Assembly: GCA_964247055.1 (NCBI GenBank)
Contig: OZ176054.1
Coordinates: 620,001-684,000 of the forward strand
Direction: 5' to 3'
Source of the DNA: Paragordius varius
Taxonomy: Eukaryota; Animalia; Nematomorpha
DNA: 64,000 nt
In this document: in pieces, positions 26,101 to 40,320 of the stretch
How positions within the stretch are numbered: position 1 is the first letter of the stretch
How the letters are laid out: the number at the start of each line of letters is the position of its first letter
Program-made: the position numbers and the translations under genes
Notes under the pieces: model-generated
The model's input: only the letters and a program-made list of their open reading frames with translations
The model's database searches: none
Told to the model about the DNA's origin: nothing

Positions 26101-29100
26101 TACATTAATTTTTAAAGTATCGATGTAAAAATCGGATATGAAAGAGTTTGTCAAACTATCTCTATATTTTGATGTAGTCTTGCTAAGAGAATATATAAAA
26201 AATAATTTTGTTCACCGGTGACGAATATCCGATTTTTAAGGACAAAGTTTAATTTGAGTATTGATGCGACTAGTTTACTACCATAATTTTTAAAGTATCG
26301 TTGTAAAAATCGGATATGAAAGAGTTTGTCAAACTATCTCTATATTTTGATGTAGTCTTACTAAGAGAATGTATAAAAAATAATTTTGTTCACCGGTGAC
26401 CAAGATCCGATTTTTAAGGACAAAGTTTAACTTGAGTATTGATGCGACTGGTTTAATACCATAATTTTTAAAGTATAGTTGTAAAAATCGGATATGAAAG
26501 AGTTTGTCAAACTATCTCTATATTTTGATGTAGTCTTGCTGAGAGAATATATAAAAAATAATTTTGTTCACCGGTGACCAATATCCGATTTTTAAGGACA
26601 AAGTTTAACTTGAGTATTGATGCGATTTATTGATACGACTAGTTTTATACATTAATTTTTAAAGTATCGTTGTAAAAATCGGATATGAAAGAGTTTGCCA
26701 AACTATCTCTATATTTTGAGGTAGTCCTACTAAGAGAATGTATAAAAAAATTTTGTTCACCGGTGACCAATATCCGATTATTAAGGACAAAGTTTAACTT
26801 GAGTATTGATGCGATTTATTGATACGACTTTTTATACATTAATTTTTAAAGTATCGTTGTAAAAATCGGATATGAAAGAGTTTGTCAAACTATCTCTATA
26901 TTTTGATGTAGTCTTACTAAGAGAATGTATAAAAAATAATTTTGTTCACCGGTGACCAATATTCGATTTTTAAGGACAAAGTTTAACTTGAGTATTGATG
27001 CGACTAGTTTTATACATTAATTTTTAAAGTATCGTTGTAAAAATCGGATATGAAAGAGTTTGTCAAACTATCTCTATATTTTGATGTAGTCTTGCTAAGA
27101 GAATATATAAAAAATAATTTTGTTCACCGGTGACCAATATCCGATTTTTAAGGACAAAGTTTAATTTGAGTATTGATGCGACTAGTTTACTACCATAATT
27201 TTTAAAGTATCGTTGTAAAAATCGGATATGAAAGAGTTTGTCAAACTATCTCTATATTTTGATGTAGTCTTACTAAGAGAATGTATAAAAAAAATAGTTT
27301 TGTTCACCGGTGACCAATATCCGATTTTTAAGGACAAAGTTTAACTTGAGTATTGATGCGACTGGTTTAATACCATAATTTTTAAAGTATCGTTGTAAAA
27401 ATCGGATATGAAAAAGTTTGTCAAACTATCCCTATATTTTGATGTAGTCTTACTAAGAGAATGTATAAAAAATAATTTTGTTGACCGGTGACCAATATCC
27501 GATTATTAAGGACAAAGTTTAACTTGAGTATTGATGCGATTTATTGATACGACTTTTTATACATTAATTTTTAAAGTATCGTTGTAAAAATCGGATATGA
27601 AAGAGTTTGTCAAACTATCTCTATATTTTGATGTAGTCTTGCTAAGAGAATATATAAAAAATAATTTTGTTCACCGGTGACCAATATCCGATTTTTAAGG
27701 ACAAAGTTTATTTTGAGTATTGATGCGACTAGTTTAATACATTAATTTTTAAAGTATCGTTGTAAAAATCGGATATGAAAGAGTTTGTCAAACTATTTCT
27801 ATATTTTGATGTAGTCTTACTAAGAGAATGTATAAAAAATAATTTTGTTCACCGGTGACCAATATTCGATTTTTAAGGACAAAGTTTAACTTGAGTATTG
27901 ATGCGACTAGTTTAACACATTAATTTTTAAAGTATCGTTGTAAAAATCGGATATGAAAGAGTTTGTCAAACTATCTCTATATTTTGATGTAGTCTTACTA
28001 AGAGAATGTATAAAAAATAATTTTGTTCACCGGTGACCAATATCCGATTTTTAAGGACAAAGTTTAACTTGAGTATTGATGCGATTTATTGATACGACTA
28101 GTTTTATACATTAATTTTTAAAGTATCGATGTAAAAATCGGATATGAAAGAGTTTGTCAAACTATCTCTATATTTTGATGTAGTCTTGCTAAGAGAATAT
28201 ATAAAAAATAATTTTGTTCACCGGTGACGAATATCCGATTTTTAAGGACAAAGTTTAATTTGAGTATTGATGCGACTAGTTTACTACCATAATTTTTAAA
28301 GTATCGTTGTAAAAATCGGATATGAAAGAGTTTGTCAAACTATCTCTATATTTTGATGTAGTCTTACTAAGAGAATGTATAAAAAATAATTTTGTTCACC
28401 GGTGACCAAGATCCGATTTTTAAGGACAAAGTTTAACTTGAGTATTGATGCGACTGGTTTAATACCATAATTTTTAAAGTATAGTTGTAAAAATCGGATA
28501 TGAAAGAGTTTGTCAAACTATCTCTATATTTTGATGTAGTCTTACTAAGAGAATGTATAAAAAATTATTTTGTTCACCGGTGACCAATATCCGATTTTTA
28601 AGGACAAAGTTTAACTTGAGTATTGATGCGACTTATTGATACGACTAGTTTTATATATTAATTTATAAATTATCGTTGTAAAAATCGGATATGAAAGAGT
28701 TTGTCAAACTATCTCTATATTTTGATGTGGTCTTGCTAAGAGAATGTATAAAAAATTATTTTGTTCACCGGTGACCAATATTCGATTTTTAAGGACAAAG
28801 ATTAACTTGAGTATTGATGCGACTAGTTTAACACATTAATTTTTAAAGTATCGTTGTAAAAATCGGATATGAAAGAGTTTGTCAAACTATCTCTATATTT
28901 TGATGTAGTCTTACTAAGAGAATGTATAAAAAATAATTTTGTTCACCGGTGACCAATATTCGATTTTTAAGGACAAAGTTTAACTTGAGTATTGATGCGA
29001 CTAGTTTTATACATTAATTTTTAAAGTATCGTTGTAAAAATCGGATATGAAAGAGTTTGCCAAACTATCTCTATATTTTGAGGTAGTCCTACTAAGAGAA

Positions 29101-29300
29101 TGTATAAAAAAATTTTGTTCACCGGTGACCAATATCCGATTATTAAGGACAAAGTTTAACTTGAGTATTGATGCGATTTATTGATACGACTTTTTATACA
29201 TTAATTTTTAAGTATCGTTGTAAAAATCGGATATGAAAGAGTTTGTCAAACTATCTCTATATTTTGATGTAGTCTTGCTGAGAGAATATATAAAAAATAA
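23116..29300 (+). repeat. Block duplication, offset about 4010 bp (22 monomers): about 23.1-25.3 kb copied at about 27.1-29.3 kb, with a partial copy in between
   Basis: The GACGAATAT, CCAAGATCC, AAATTATCG and AAGATTAAC markers recur in the same order about 4010 bp apart (e.g. about 24218 and 28228). Confidence 0.85.
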
Positions 29301-32300
29301 TTTTGTTCACCGGTGACCAATATCCGATTTTTAAGGACAAAGTTTATTTTGAGTATTGATGCGACTAGTTTAATACATTAATTTTTAAAGTATCGTTGTA
29401 AAAATCGTATATGAAAGAGTTTGTCAAACTATTTCTATATTTTGATGTAGTCTTACTAAGAGAATGTATAAAAAATAATTTTGTTCACCGGTGACCAATA
29501 TCCGATTTTTAAGGACAAAGTTTAACTTGAGTATTGATGCGACTTATTGATACGACTAGTTTTATATATTAATTTATAAAGTATCGTTGTAAAAATCGGA
29601 TATGAAAGAGTTTGTCAAACTATCTCTATATTTTGATGTAGTCTTGTTAAGAGAATGTATAAAAAATAATTTTGTTCACCGGTGACCAATATCCGATTTT
29701 TAACGACAAAGTTTAACTTGAGTATTGATGCGACTAGTTTACTACCATAATTTTTAAAGTATCGTTGTAAAAATCGGATATGAAAGAGTTTGTCAAACTA
29801 TCTCTATATTTTGATGTAGTCTTACTAAGAGAATGTATAAAAAATAATTTTGTTCACCGGTGACCAAGATCCGATTTTTAAGGACAAAGTTTAACTTGAG
29901 TATTGATGCGACTGGTTTAATACCATAATTTTTAAAGTATAGTTGTAAAAATCGGATATGAAAGAGTTTGTCAAACTATCTCTATATTTTGATGTAGTCT
30001 TACTAAGAGAATGTATAAAAAATTATTTTGTTCACCGGTGACCAATATCCGATTTTTAAGGACAAAGATTAACTTGAGTATTGATGCGACTAGTTTAACA
30101 CATTAATTTTTAAAGTATCGTTGTAAAAATCGGATATGAAAGAGTTTGTCAAACTATCTCTATATTTTGATGTAGTCTTACTAAGAGAATGTATAAAAAA
30201 TAATTTTGTTCACCGGTGACCAATATTCGATTTTTAAGGACAAAGTTTAACTTGAGTATTGATGCGACTAGTTTTATACATTAATTTTTAAAGTATCGTT
30301 GTAAAAATCGGATATGAAAGAGTTTGCCAAACTATCTCTATATTTTGAGGTAGTCCTACTAAGAGAATGTATAAAAAAATTTTGTTTACCGGTGACCAAT
30401 ATCCGATTATTAAGGACAAAGTTTAACTTGAGTATTGATGCGATTTATTGATACGACTTTTTATACATTAATTTTTAAGTATCGTTGTAAAAATCGGATA
30501 TGAAAGAGTTTGTCAAACTATCTCTATATTTTGATGTGGTCTTGCTAAGAGAATGTATAAAAAATTATTTTGTTCAGCGGTGACCAATATTCGATTTTTA
30601 AGGTCAAAGATTAACTTGAGTATTGATGCGACTAGTTTAACACATTAATTTTTAAAGTATCGTTGTAAAAATCGGATATGAAAGAGTTTGTCAAACTATC
30701 TCTATATTTTGATGTAGTCTTACTAAGAGAATGTATAAAAAATAATTTTGTTCACCGGTGACCAATATTCGATTTTTAAGGACAAAGTTTAACTTGAGTA
30801 TTGATGCGACTAGTTTTATACATTAATTTTTAAAGTATCGTTGTAAAAATCGGATATGAAAGAGTTTGCCAAACTATCTCTATATTTTGAGGTAGTCCTA
30901 CTAAGAGAATGTATAAAAAAATTTTGTTTACCGGTGACCAATATCCGATTATTAAGGACAAAGTTTAACTTGAGTATTGATGCGATTTATTGATACGACT
31001 TTTTATACATTAATTTTTAAGTATCGTTGTAAAAATCGGATATGAAAGAGTTTGTCAAACTATCTCTATATTTTGATGTAGTCTTGCTGAGAGAATATAT
31101 AAAAAATAATTTTGTTCACCGGTGACCAATATCCGATTTTTAAGGACAAAGTTTATTTTGAGTATTGATGCGACTAGTTTAATACATTAATTTTTAAAGT
31201 ATCGTTGTAAAAATCGTATATGAAAGAGTTTGTCAAACTATTTCTATATTTTGATGTAGTCTTACTAAGAGAATGTATAAAAAATAATTTTGTTCACCGG
31301 TGACCAATATCCGATTTTTAAGGACAAAGTTTAACTTGAGTATTGATGCGACTTATTGATACGACTAGTTTTATATATTAATTTATAAAGTATCGTTGTA
31401 AAAATCGGATATGAAAGAGTTTGTCAAACTATCTCTATATTTTGATGTAGTCTTGTTAAGAGAATGTATAAAAAATAATTTTGTTCACCGGTGACCAATA
31501 TCCGATTTTTAACGACAAAGTTTAACTTGAGTATTGATGCGACTAGTTTACTACCATAATTTTTAAAGTATCGTTGTAAAAATCGGATATGAAAGAGTTT
31601 GTCAAACTATCTCTATATTTTGATGTAGTCTTACTAAGAGAATGTATAAAAAATAATTTTGTTCACCGGTGACCAAGATCCGATTTTTAAGGACAAAGTT
31701 TAACTTGAGTATTGATGCGACTGGTTTAATACCATAATTTTTAAAGTATAGTTGTAAAAATCGGATATGAAAGAGTTTGTCAAACTATCTCTATATTTTG
31801 ATGTAGTCTTACTAAGAGAATGTATAAAAAATTATTTTGTTCACCGGTGACCAATATCCGATTTTTAAGGACAAAGTTTAACTTGAGTATTGATGCGACT
31901 TATTGATACGACTAGTTTTATATATTAATTTATAAATTATCGTTGTAAAAATCGGATATGAAAGAGTTTGTCAAACTATCTCTATATTTTGATGTGGTCT
32001 TGCTAAGAGAATGTATAAAAAATTATTTTGTTCACCGGTGACCAATATTCGATTTTTAAGGACAAAGATTAACTTGAGTATTGATGCGACTAGTTTAACA
32101 CATTAATTTTTAAAGTATCGTTGTAAAAATCGGATATGAAAGAGTTTGTCAAACTATCTCTATATTTTGATGTAGTCTTACTAAGAGAATGTATAAAAAA
32201 TAATTTTGTTCACCGGTGACCAATATTCGATTTTTAAGGACAAAGTTTAACTTGAGTATTGATGCGACTAGTTTTATACATTAATTTTTAAAGTATCGTT

Positions 32301-32350
32301 GTAAAAATCGGATATGAAAGAGTTTGCCAAACTATCTCTATAAAAAAATT
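29100..32350 (+). repeat. 10-mer duplication, period 1809 bp
   Basis: TCGTATATG occurs at 29405 and 31214, and AACGACAAAG has its C at 29704 and 31513; both offsets are 1809. Confidence 0.85.
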
Positions 32351-32354
32351 TTGT

Positions 32355-34000
32355 TCACCGGTGACCAATATCCGATTATTAAGGACAAAGTTTAACTTGA
32401 GTATTGATGCGATTTATTGATACGACTTTTTATACATTAATTTTTAAGTATCGTTGTAAAAATCGGATATGAAAGAGTTTGTCAAACTATCTCTATATTT
32501 TGATGTAGTCTTGCTGAGAGAATATATAAAAAATAATTTTGTTCACCGGTGACCAATATCCGATTTTTAAGGACAAAGTTTATTTTGAGTATTGATGCGA
32601 CTAGTTTAATACATTAATTTTTAAAGTATCGTTGTAAAAATCGTATATGAAAGAGTTTGTCAAACTATTTCTATATTTTGATGTAGTCTTACTAAGAGAA
32701 TGTATAAAAAATAATTTTGTTCACCGGTGACCAATATTCGATTTTTAAGGACAAAGTTTAACTTGAGTATTGATGCGACTAGTTTAACACATTAATTTTT
32801 AAAGTATCGTTGTAAAAATCGGATAGGAAAGAGTTTGTCAAACTATCTCTATATTTTGATGTAGTCTTACTAAGAGAATGTATAAAAAATTTTGTTCACC
32901 GGTGACCAATATCCGATTTTTAAGGACAAAGTTTAACTTGAGTATTGATGCGATTTATTGATATGACTAGTTTTATACATTAATTTTTAAAGTATCGTTG
33001 TAAAAATCGGATATGAAAGAGTTTGTCAAACTATCTCTATATTTTGATGTAGTCTTGCTAAGAAAATATATAAAAAATAATTTTGTTCACCGGTGACCAA
33101 TATTCGATTTTTAAGGACAAAGTTTAACTTGAGTATTGATGCGACTAGTTTTATACATTAATTTTTAAAGTATCGTTGTAAAAATCGGATATGAAAGAGT
33201 TTGCCAAACTATCTCTATATTTTGAGGTAGTCCTACTAAGAGAATGTATAAAAAAATTTTGTTCACCGGTGACCAATATCCGATTATTAAGGACAAAGTT
33301 TAACTTGAGTATTGATGCGATTTATTGATACGACTTTTTATACATTAATTATTAAGTATCGTTGTAAAAATCGGATATGAAAGAGTTTGTCAAACTATCT
33401 CTATATTTTGATGTAGTCTTGCTGAGAGAATATATAAAAAATAATTTTGTTCACCGGTGACCAATATCCGATTTTTAAGGACAAAGTTTATTTTGAGTAT
33501 TGATGCGACTAGTTTAATACATTAATTTTTAAAGTATCGTTGTAAAAATCGTATATGAAAGAGTTTGTCAAACTATTTCTATATTTTGATGTAGTCTTAC
33601 TAAGAGAATGTATAAAAAATAATTTTGTTCACCGGTGACCAATATTCGATTTTTAAGGACAAAGTTTAACTTGAGTATTGATGCGACTAGTTTAACACAT
33701 TAATTTTTAAAGTATCGTTGTAAAAATCGGATAGGAAAGAGTTTGTCAAACTATCTCTATATTTTGATGTAGTCTTACTAAGAGAATGTATAAAAAATTT
33801 TGTTCACCGGTGACCAATATCCGATTTTTAAGGACAAAGTTTAACTTGAGTATTGATGCGATTTATTGATATGACTAGTTTTATACATTAATTTTTAAAG
33901 TATCGTTGTAAAAATCGGATATGAAAGAGTTTGTCAAACTATCTCTATATTTTGATGTAGTCTTGCTAAGAAAATATATAAAAAATAATTTTGTTCACCG
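32355..34000 (+). repeat. 5-mer tandem duplication, period 908 bp
   Basis: TCGTATATG (32641/33549), GGATAGGAAA and GATATGACTAG are each repeated at +908. Confidence 0.88.
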
Positions 34001-34718
34001 GTGACCAATATCCGATTTTTAAGGACAAAATTTAATTTGAGTATTGATGCTACTAGTTTAATACCATAATTTTTAAAGTTAGTTGTAAAAATCGGATATG
34101 AAAGAGTTTGTCAAACTATCTCTATATTTTGATGTAGTCTTACTAAGAGAATGTATAAAAAATAATTTTGTTCACCGGTGACCAAGATCCGATTTTTAAG
34201 GACAAAGTTTAACTTGAGTATTGATGCGACTGGTTTAATACCATAATTTTTAAAGTATCGTTGTAAAAATCGGATATGAAAGAGTTTGTCAAACTATCTC
34301 TATATTTTGATGTAGTCTTACTAAGAGAATGTATAAAAAATAATTTTGTTCACCGGTGACCAATATCCGATTTTTAAGGACAAAGTTTAACTTGAGTATT
34401 GATGCGACTTATTGATACGACTAGTTTTATATATTAATTTATAAAGTATCGTTGTAAAAATCGGATATGAAAGAGTTTGTCAAACTATCTCTATATTTTG
34501 ATATAGTCTTGTTAAGAGAATGTATAAAAAATAATTTTGTTCACCGGTGACCAATATCCGATTTTTAACGACAAAGTTTTATTTGAGTATTGATGCGACT
34601 AGTTTAATACATTAAATTTTAAAGTATCGTTGTAAAAATCGGATATGAAAGAGTTTGTCAAACTATCTCTATATTTTGATGTAGTCTTACTAAGAGAATG
34701 TATAAAAAATAATTTTGT

Positions 34719-37700
34719 TCACCGGTGACCAATATTCGATTTTTAAGGACAAAGTTTAACTTGAGTACTGATGCGACTAGTTTTATACATTAATTTTTAA
34801 AGTATCGTTGTAAAAATCGGATATGAAAGAGTTTGCCAAACTATCTCTATATTTTGAGGTAGTCCTACTAAGAGAATGTATACAAAATAATTTTGTTCAC
34901 CGGTGACCAATATCCGATTATTAAGGACAAAGTTTAACTTGAGTATTGATGCGATTTATTGATACGACTTTTTATACATAATTTTTAAAGTATCGTTGTA
35001 AAAATCGGATATGAAAGAGTTTGTCAAACTATCTCTATATTTTGATGTAGTCTTGCTGAGAGAATATATAAAAAATAATTTTGTTCACCGGTGACCAATA
35101 TCCGATTTTTAAGGACAAAGTTTATTTTGAGTATTGATGCGACTAGTTTAATACATTAATTTTTAAAGTATCGTTGTAAAAATCGGATATGAAAGAGTTT
35201 GTCAAACTATTTCTATATTTTGATGTAGTCTTACTAAGAGAATGTATAAAAAATAATTTTGTTCACCGGTGACCAATATTCGATTTTTAAGGACAAAGTT
35301 TAACTTGAGTATTGATGCGACTAGTTTAACACATTAATTTTTAAAGTATCGATGTAAAAATCGGATATGAAAGAGTTTGTCAAACTATCTCTATATTTTG
35401 ATGTAGTCTTGCTATAAGAGTATATAAAAAATAATTTTGTTCACCGGTGACGAATATCCGATTTTTAAGGACAAAGTTTAATTTGAGTATTGATGCGACT
35501 AGTTTACTACCATAATTTTTAAAGTATCGTTGTAAAAATCGGATATGAAAGAGTTTGTCAAACTATCTCTATATTTTGATGTAGTCTTACTAAGAGAATG
35601 TATAAAAAATAATTTTGTTCACCGGTGACCAAGATCCGATTTTTAAGGACAAAGTTTAACTTGAGTATTGATGCGACTGGTTTAATACCATAATTTTTAA
35701 AGTATCGTTGTAAAAATCGGATATGAAAGAGTTTGTCAAACTATCTCTATATTTTGATGTAGTCTTACTAAGAGAATGTATAAAAAATTATTTTGTTCAC
35801 CGGTGACCAATATCCGATTTTTAAGGACAAAGTTTAACTTGAGTATTGATGCGACTTATTGATACGACTAGTTTTATATATTAATTTATAAAGTATCGTT
35901 GTAAAAATCGGATATGAAAGAGTTTGTCAAACTATCTCTATATTTTGATGTGGTCTTGCTAAGAGAATGTATAAAAAATTATTTTGTTCACCGGTGACCA
36001 ATATTCGATTTTTAAGGACAAAGTTTAACTTGAGTATTGATGCGACTAGTTAAACACATTAATTTTTAAAGTTTCGTTGTAAAAATCGGATATGAAAGAG
36101 TTTGTCAAACTATCTCTATATTTTGATGTAGTCTTACTAAGAGAATGTATAAAAAATAATTTTGTTCACCGGTGACCAATATTCGATTTTTAAGGACAAA
36201 GTTTAACTTGAGTACTGATGCGACTAGTTTTATACATTAATTTTTAAAGTATCGTTGTAAAAATCGGATATGAAAGAGTTTGCCAAACTATCTCTATATT
36301 TTGAGGTAGTCCTACTAAGAGAATGTATACAAAATAATTTTGTTCACCGGTGACCAATATCCGATTATTAAGGACAAAGTTTAACTTGAGTATTGATGCG
36401 ATTTATTGATACGACTTTTTATACATAATTTTTAAAGTATCGTTGTAAAAATCGGATATGAAAGAGTTTGTCAAACTATCTCTATATTTTGATGTAGTCT
36501 TGCTGAGAGAATATATAAAAAATAATTTTGTTCACCGGTGACCAATATCCGATTTTTAAGGACAAAGTTTATTTTGAGTATTGATGCGACTAGTTTAATA
36601 CATTAATTTTTAAAGTATCGTTGTAAAAATCGGATATGAAAGAGTTTGTCAAACTATTTCTATATTTTGATGTAGTCTTACTAAGAGAATGTATAAAAAA
36701 TAATTTTGTTCACCGGTGACCAATATTCGATTTTTAAGGACAAAGTTTAACTTGAGTATTGATGCGACTAGTTTAACACATTAATTTTTAAAGTATCGAT
36801 GTAAAAATCGGATATGAAAGAGTTTGTCAAACTATCTCTATATTTTGATGTAGTCTTGCTATAAGAGTATATAAAAAATAATTTTGTTCACCGGTGACGA
36901 ATATCCGATTTTTAAGGACAAAGTTTAATTTGAGTATTGATGCGACTAGTTTACTACCATAATTTTTAAAGTATCGTTGTAAAAATCGGATATGAAAGAG
37001 TTTGTCAAACTATCTCTATATTTTGATGTAGTCTTACTAAGAGAATGTATAAAAAATAATTTTGTTCACCGGTGACCAAGATCCGATTTTTAAGGACAAA
37101 GTTTAACTTGAGTATTGATGCGACTGGTTTAATACCATAATTTTTAAAGTATCGTTGTAAAAATCGGATATGAAAGAGTTTGTCAAACTATCTCTATATT
37201 TTGATGTAGTCTTACTAAGAGAATGTATAAAAAATTATTTTGTTCACCGGTGACCAATATCCGATTTTTAAGGACAAAGTTTAACTTGAGTATTGATGCG
37301 ACTTATTGATACGACTAGTTTTATATATTAATTTATAAAGTATCGTTGTAAAAATCGGATATGAAAGAGTTTGTCAAACTATCTCTATATTTTGATGTGG
37401 TCTTGCTAAGAGAATGTATAAAAAATTATTTTGTTCACCGGTGACCAATATTCGATTTTTAAGGACAAAGTTTAACTTGAGTATTGATGCGACTAGTTAA
37501 ACACATTAATTTTTAAAGTTTCGTTGTAAAAATCGGATATGAAAGAGTTTGTCAAACTATCTCTATATTTTGATGTAGTCTTACTAAGAGAATGTATAAA
37601 AAATAATTTTGTTCACCGGTGACCAATATTCGATTTTTAAGGACAAAGTTTAACTTGAGTACTGATGCGACTAGTTTTATACATTAATTTTTAAAGTATC

Positions 37701-38882
37701 GTTGTAAAAATCGGATATGAAAGAGTTTGCCAAACTATCTCTATATTTTGAGGTAGTCCTACTAAGAGAATGTATACAAAATAATTTTGTTCACCGGTGA
37801 CCAATATCCGATTATTAAGGACAAAGTTTAACTTGAGTATTGATGCGATTTATTGATACGACTTTTTATACATTAATTTTTAAAGTATCGTTGTAAAAAT
37901 CGGATATGAAAGAGTTTGTCAAACTATCTCTATATTTTGATGTAGTCTTGCTGAGAGAATATATAAAAAATAATTTTGTTCACCGGTGACCAATATCCGA
38001 TTTTTAAGGACAAAGTTTATTTTGAGTATTGATGCGACTAGTTTAATACATTAATTTTTAAAGTATCGTTGTAAAAATCGGATATGAAAGAGTTTGTCAA
38101 ACTATTTCTATATTTTGATGTAGTCTTACTAAGAGAATGTATAAAAAATAATTTTGTTCACCGGTGACCAATATTCGATTTTTAAGGACAAAGTTTAACT
38201 TGAGTATTGATGCGACTAGTTTAACACATTAATTTTTAAAGTATCTATGTAAAAATCGGATATGAAAGAGTTTGTCAAACTATCTCTATATTTTGATGTA
38301 GTCTTGCTAAGAGAATATATAAAAAATAATTTTGTTCACCGGTGACGAATATCCGATTTTTAAGGACAAAGTTTAATTTGAGTATTGATGCGACTAGTTT
38401 ACTACCATAATTTTTAAAGTATCGTTGTAAAAATCGGATATGAAAGAGTTTGTCAAACTATCTCTATATTTTGATGTAGTCTTACTGAGAGAATGTATAA
38501 AAAATAATTTTGTTCACCGGTGACCAAGATCCGATTTTTAAGGACAAAGTTTAACTTGAGTATTGATGCGACTGGTTTAATACCATAATTTTTAAAGTAT
38601 AGTTGTAAAAATCGGATATGAAAGAGTTTGTCAAACTATCTCTATATTTTGATGTAGTCTTACTAAGAGAATGTATAAAAAATTATTTTGTTCACCGGTG
38701 ACCAATATCCGATTTTTAAGGACAAAGTTTAACTTGAGTATTGATGCGACTTATTGATACGACTAGTTTTATATATTAATTTATAAATTATCGTTGTAAA
38801 AATCGGATATGAAAGAGTTTGTCAAACTATCTCTATATTTTGATGTGGTCTTGCTAAGAGAATGTATAAAAAATAATTTTGT
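34719..38882 (+). repeat. 8-mer HOR, 1447-1448 bp, about 3 copies (the third lacks one monomer)
   Basis: GAGTACTG has its C at 34768, 36215 and 37662, and CCAAGAT recurs at 35631, 37078 and 38526. The monomer order is conserved. Confidence 0.93.
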
Positions 38883-40320
38883 TCACCGGTGACCAATATT
38901 CGATTTTTAAGGACAAAGTTTAACTTGAGTACTGATGCGACTAGTTTTATACATTAATTTTTAAAGTATCGTTGTAAAAATCGGATATGAAAGAGTTTGC
39001 CAAACTATCTCTATATTTTGAGGTAGTCCTACTAAGAGAATGTATACAAAATAATTTTGTTCACCGGTGACCAATATCCGATTATTAAGGACAAAGTTTA
39101 ACTTGAGTATTGATGCGATTTATTGATACGACTTTTTATACATTAATTTTTAAAGTATCGTTGTAAAAATCGGATATGAAAGAGTTTGTCAAACTATCTC
39201 TATATTTTGATGTAGTCTTGCTGAGAGAATATTTAAAAAATAATTTTGTTCACCGGTGACCAATATCCGATTTTTAAGGACAAAGTTTATTTTGAGTATT
39301 GATGCGACTAGTTTAATACATTAATTTTTAAAGTATCGTTGTAAAAATCGGATATGAAAGAGTTTGTCAAACTATTTCTATATTTTGATGTAGTCTTACT
39401 AAGAGAATGTATAAAAAATAATTTTGTTCACCGGTGACCAATATTCGATTTTTAAGGACAAAGTTTAACTTGAGTATTGATGCGACTAGTTAAACACATT
39501 AATTTTTAAAGCGTTGTAAAAATCGGATATGAAAGAGTTTGTCAAACTATCTCTATATTTTGATGTAGTCTTGCTAAGAGAATATATAAAAAATAATTTT
39601 GTTCACCGGTGACCAATATTCGATTTTTAAGGACAAAGTTTAACTTGAGTACTGATGCGACTAGTTTTATACATTAATTTTTAAAGTATCGTTGTAAAAA
39701 TCGGATATGAAAGAGTTTGCCAAACTATCTCTATATTTTGAGGTAGTCCTACTAAGAGAATGTATACAAAATAATTTTGTTCACCGGTGACCAATATCCG
39801 ATTATTAAGGACAAAGTTTAACTTGAGTATTGATGCGATTTATTGATACGACTTTTTATACATTAATTTTTAAAGTATCGTTGTAAAAATCGGATATGAA
39901 AGAGTTTGTCAAACTATCTCTATATTTTGATGTAGTCTTGCTGAGAGAATATATAAAAAATAATTTTGTTCACCGGTGACCAATATCCGATTTTTAAGGA
40001 CAAAGTTTATTTTGAGTATTGATGCGACTAGTTTAATACATTAATTTTTAAAGTATCGTTGTAAAAATCGGATATGAAAGAGTTTGTCAAACTATTTCTA
40101 TATTTTGATGTAGTCTTACTAAGAGAATGTATAAAAAATAATTTTGTTCACCGGTGACCAATATTCGATTTTTAAGGACAAAGTTTAACTTGAGTATTGA
40201 TGCGACTAGTTTAACACATTAATTTTTAAAGTATCGATGTAAAAATCGGATATGAAAGAGTTTGTCAAACTATCTCTATATTTTGATGTAGTCTTGCTAA
40301 GAGAATATATAAAAAATAAT
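38883..40320 (+). repeat. 4-mer duplication, period about 720 bp, made from half of the 8-mer
   Basis: The run of GAGTACTG, ATTATTA-insertion and TTTATTTTG monomers is repeated from about 38.9 kb and about 39.6 kb. Confidence 0.8.

Noticed and set aside
27268-27300. A-run length changes (e.g. TATAAAAAAAAT near 27285, and one A fewer near 163-169)
   Set aside because: Single-copy homopolymer differences are as likely to be sequencing or consensus errors as real variants.
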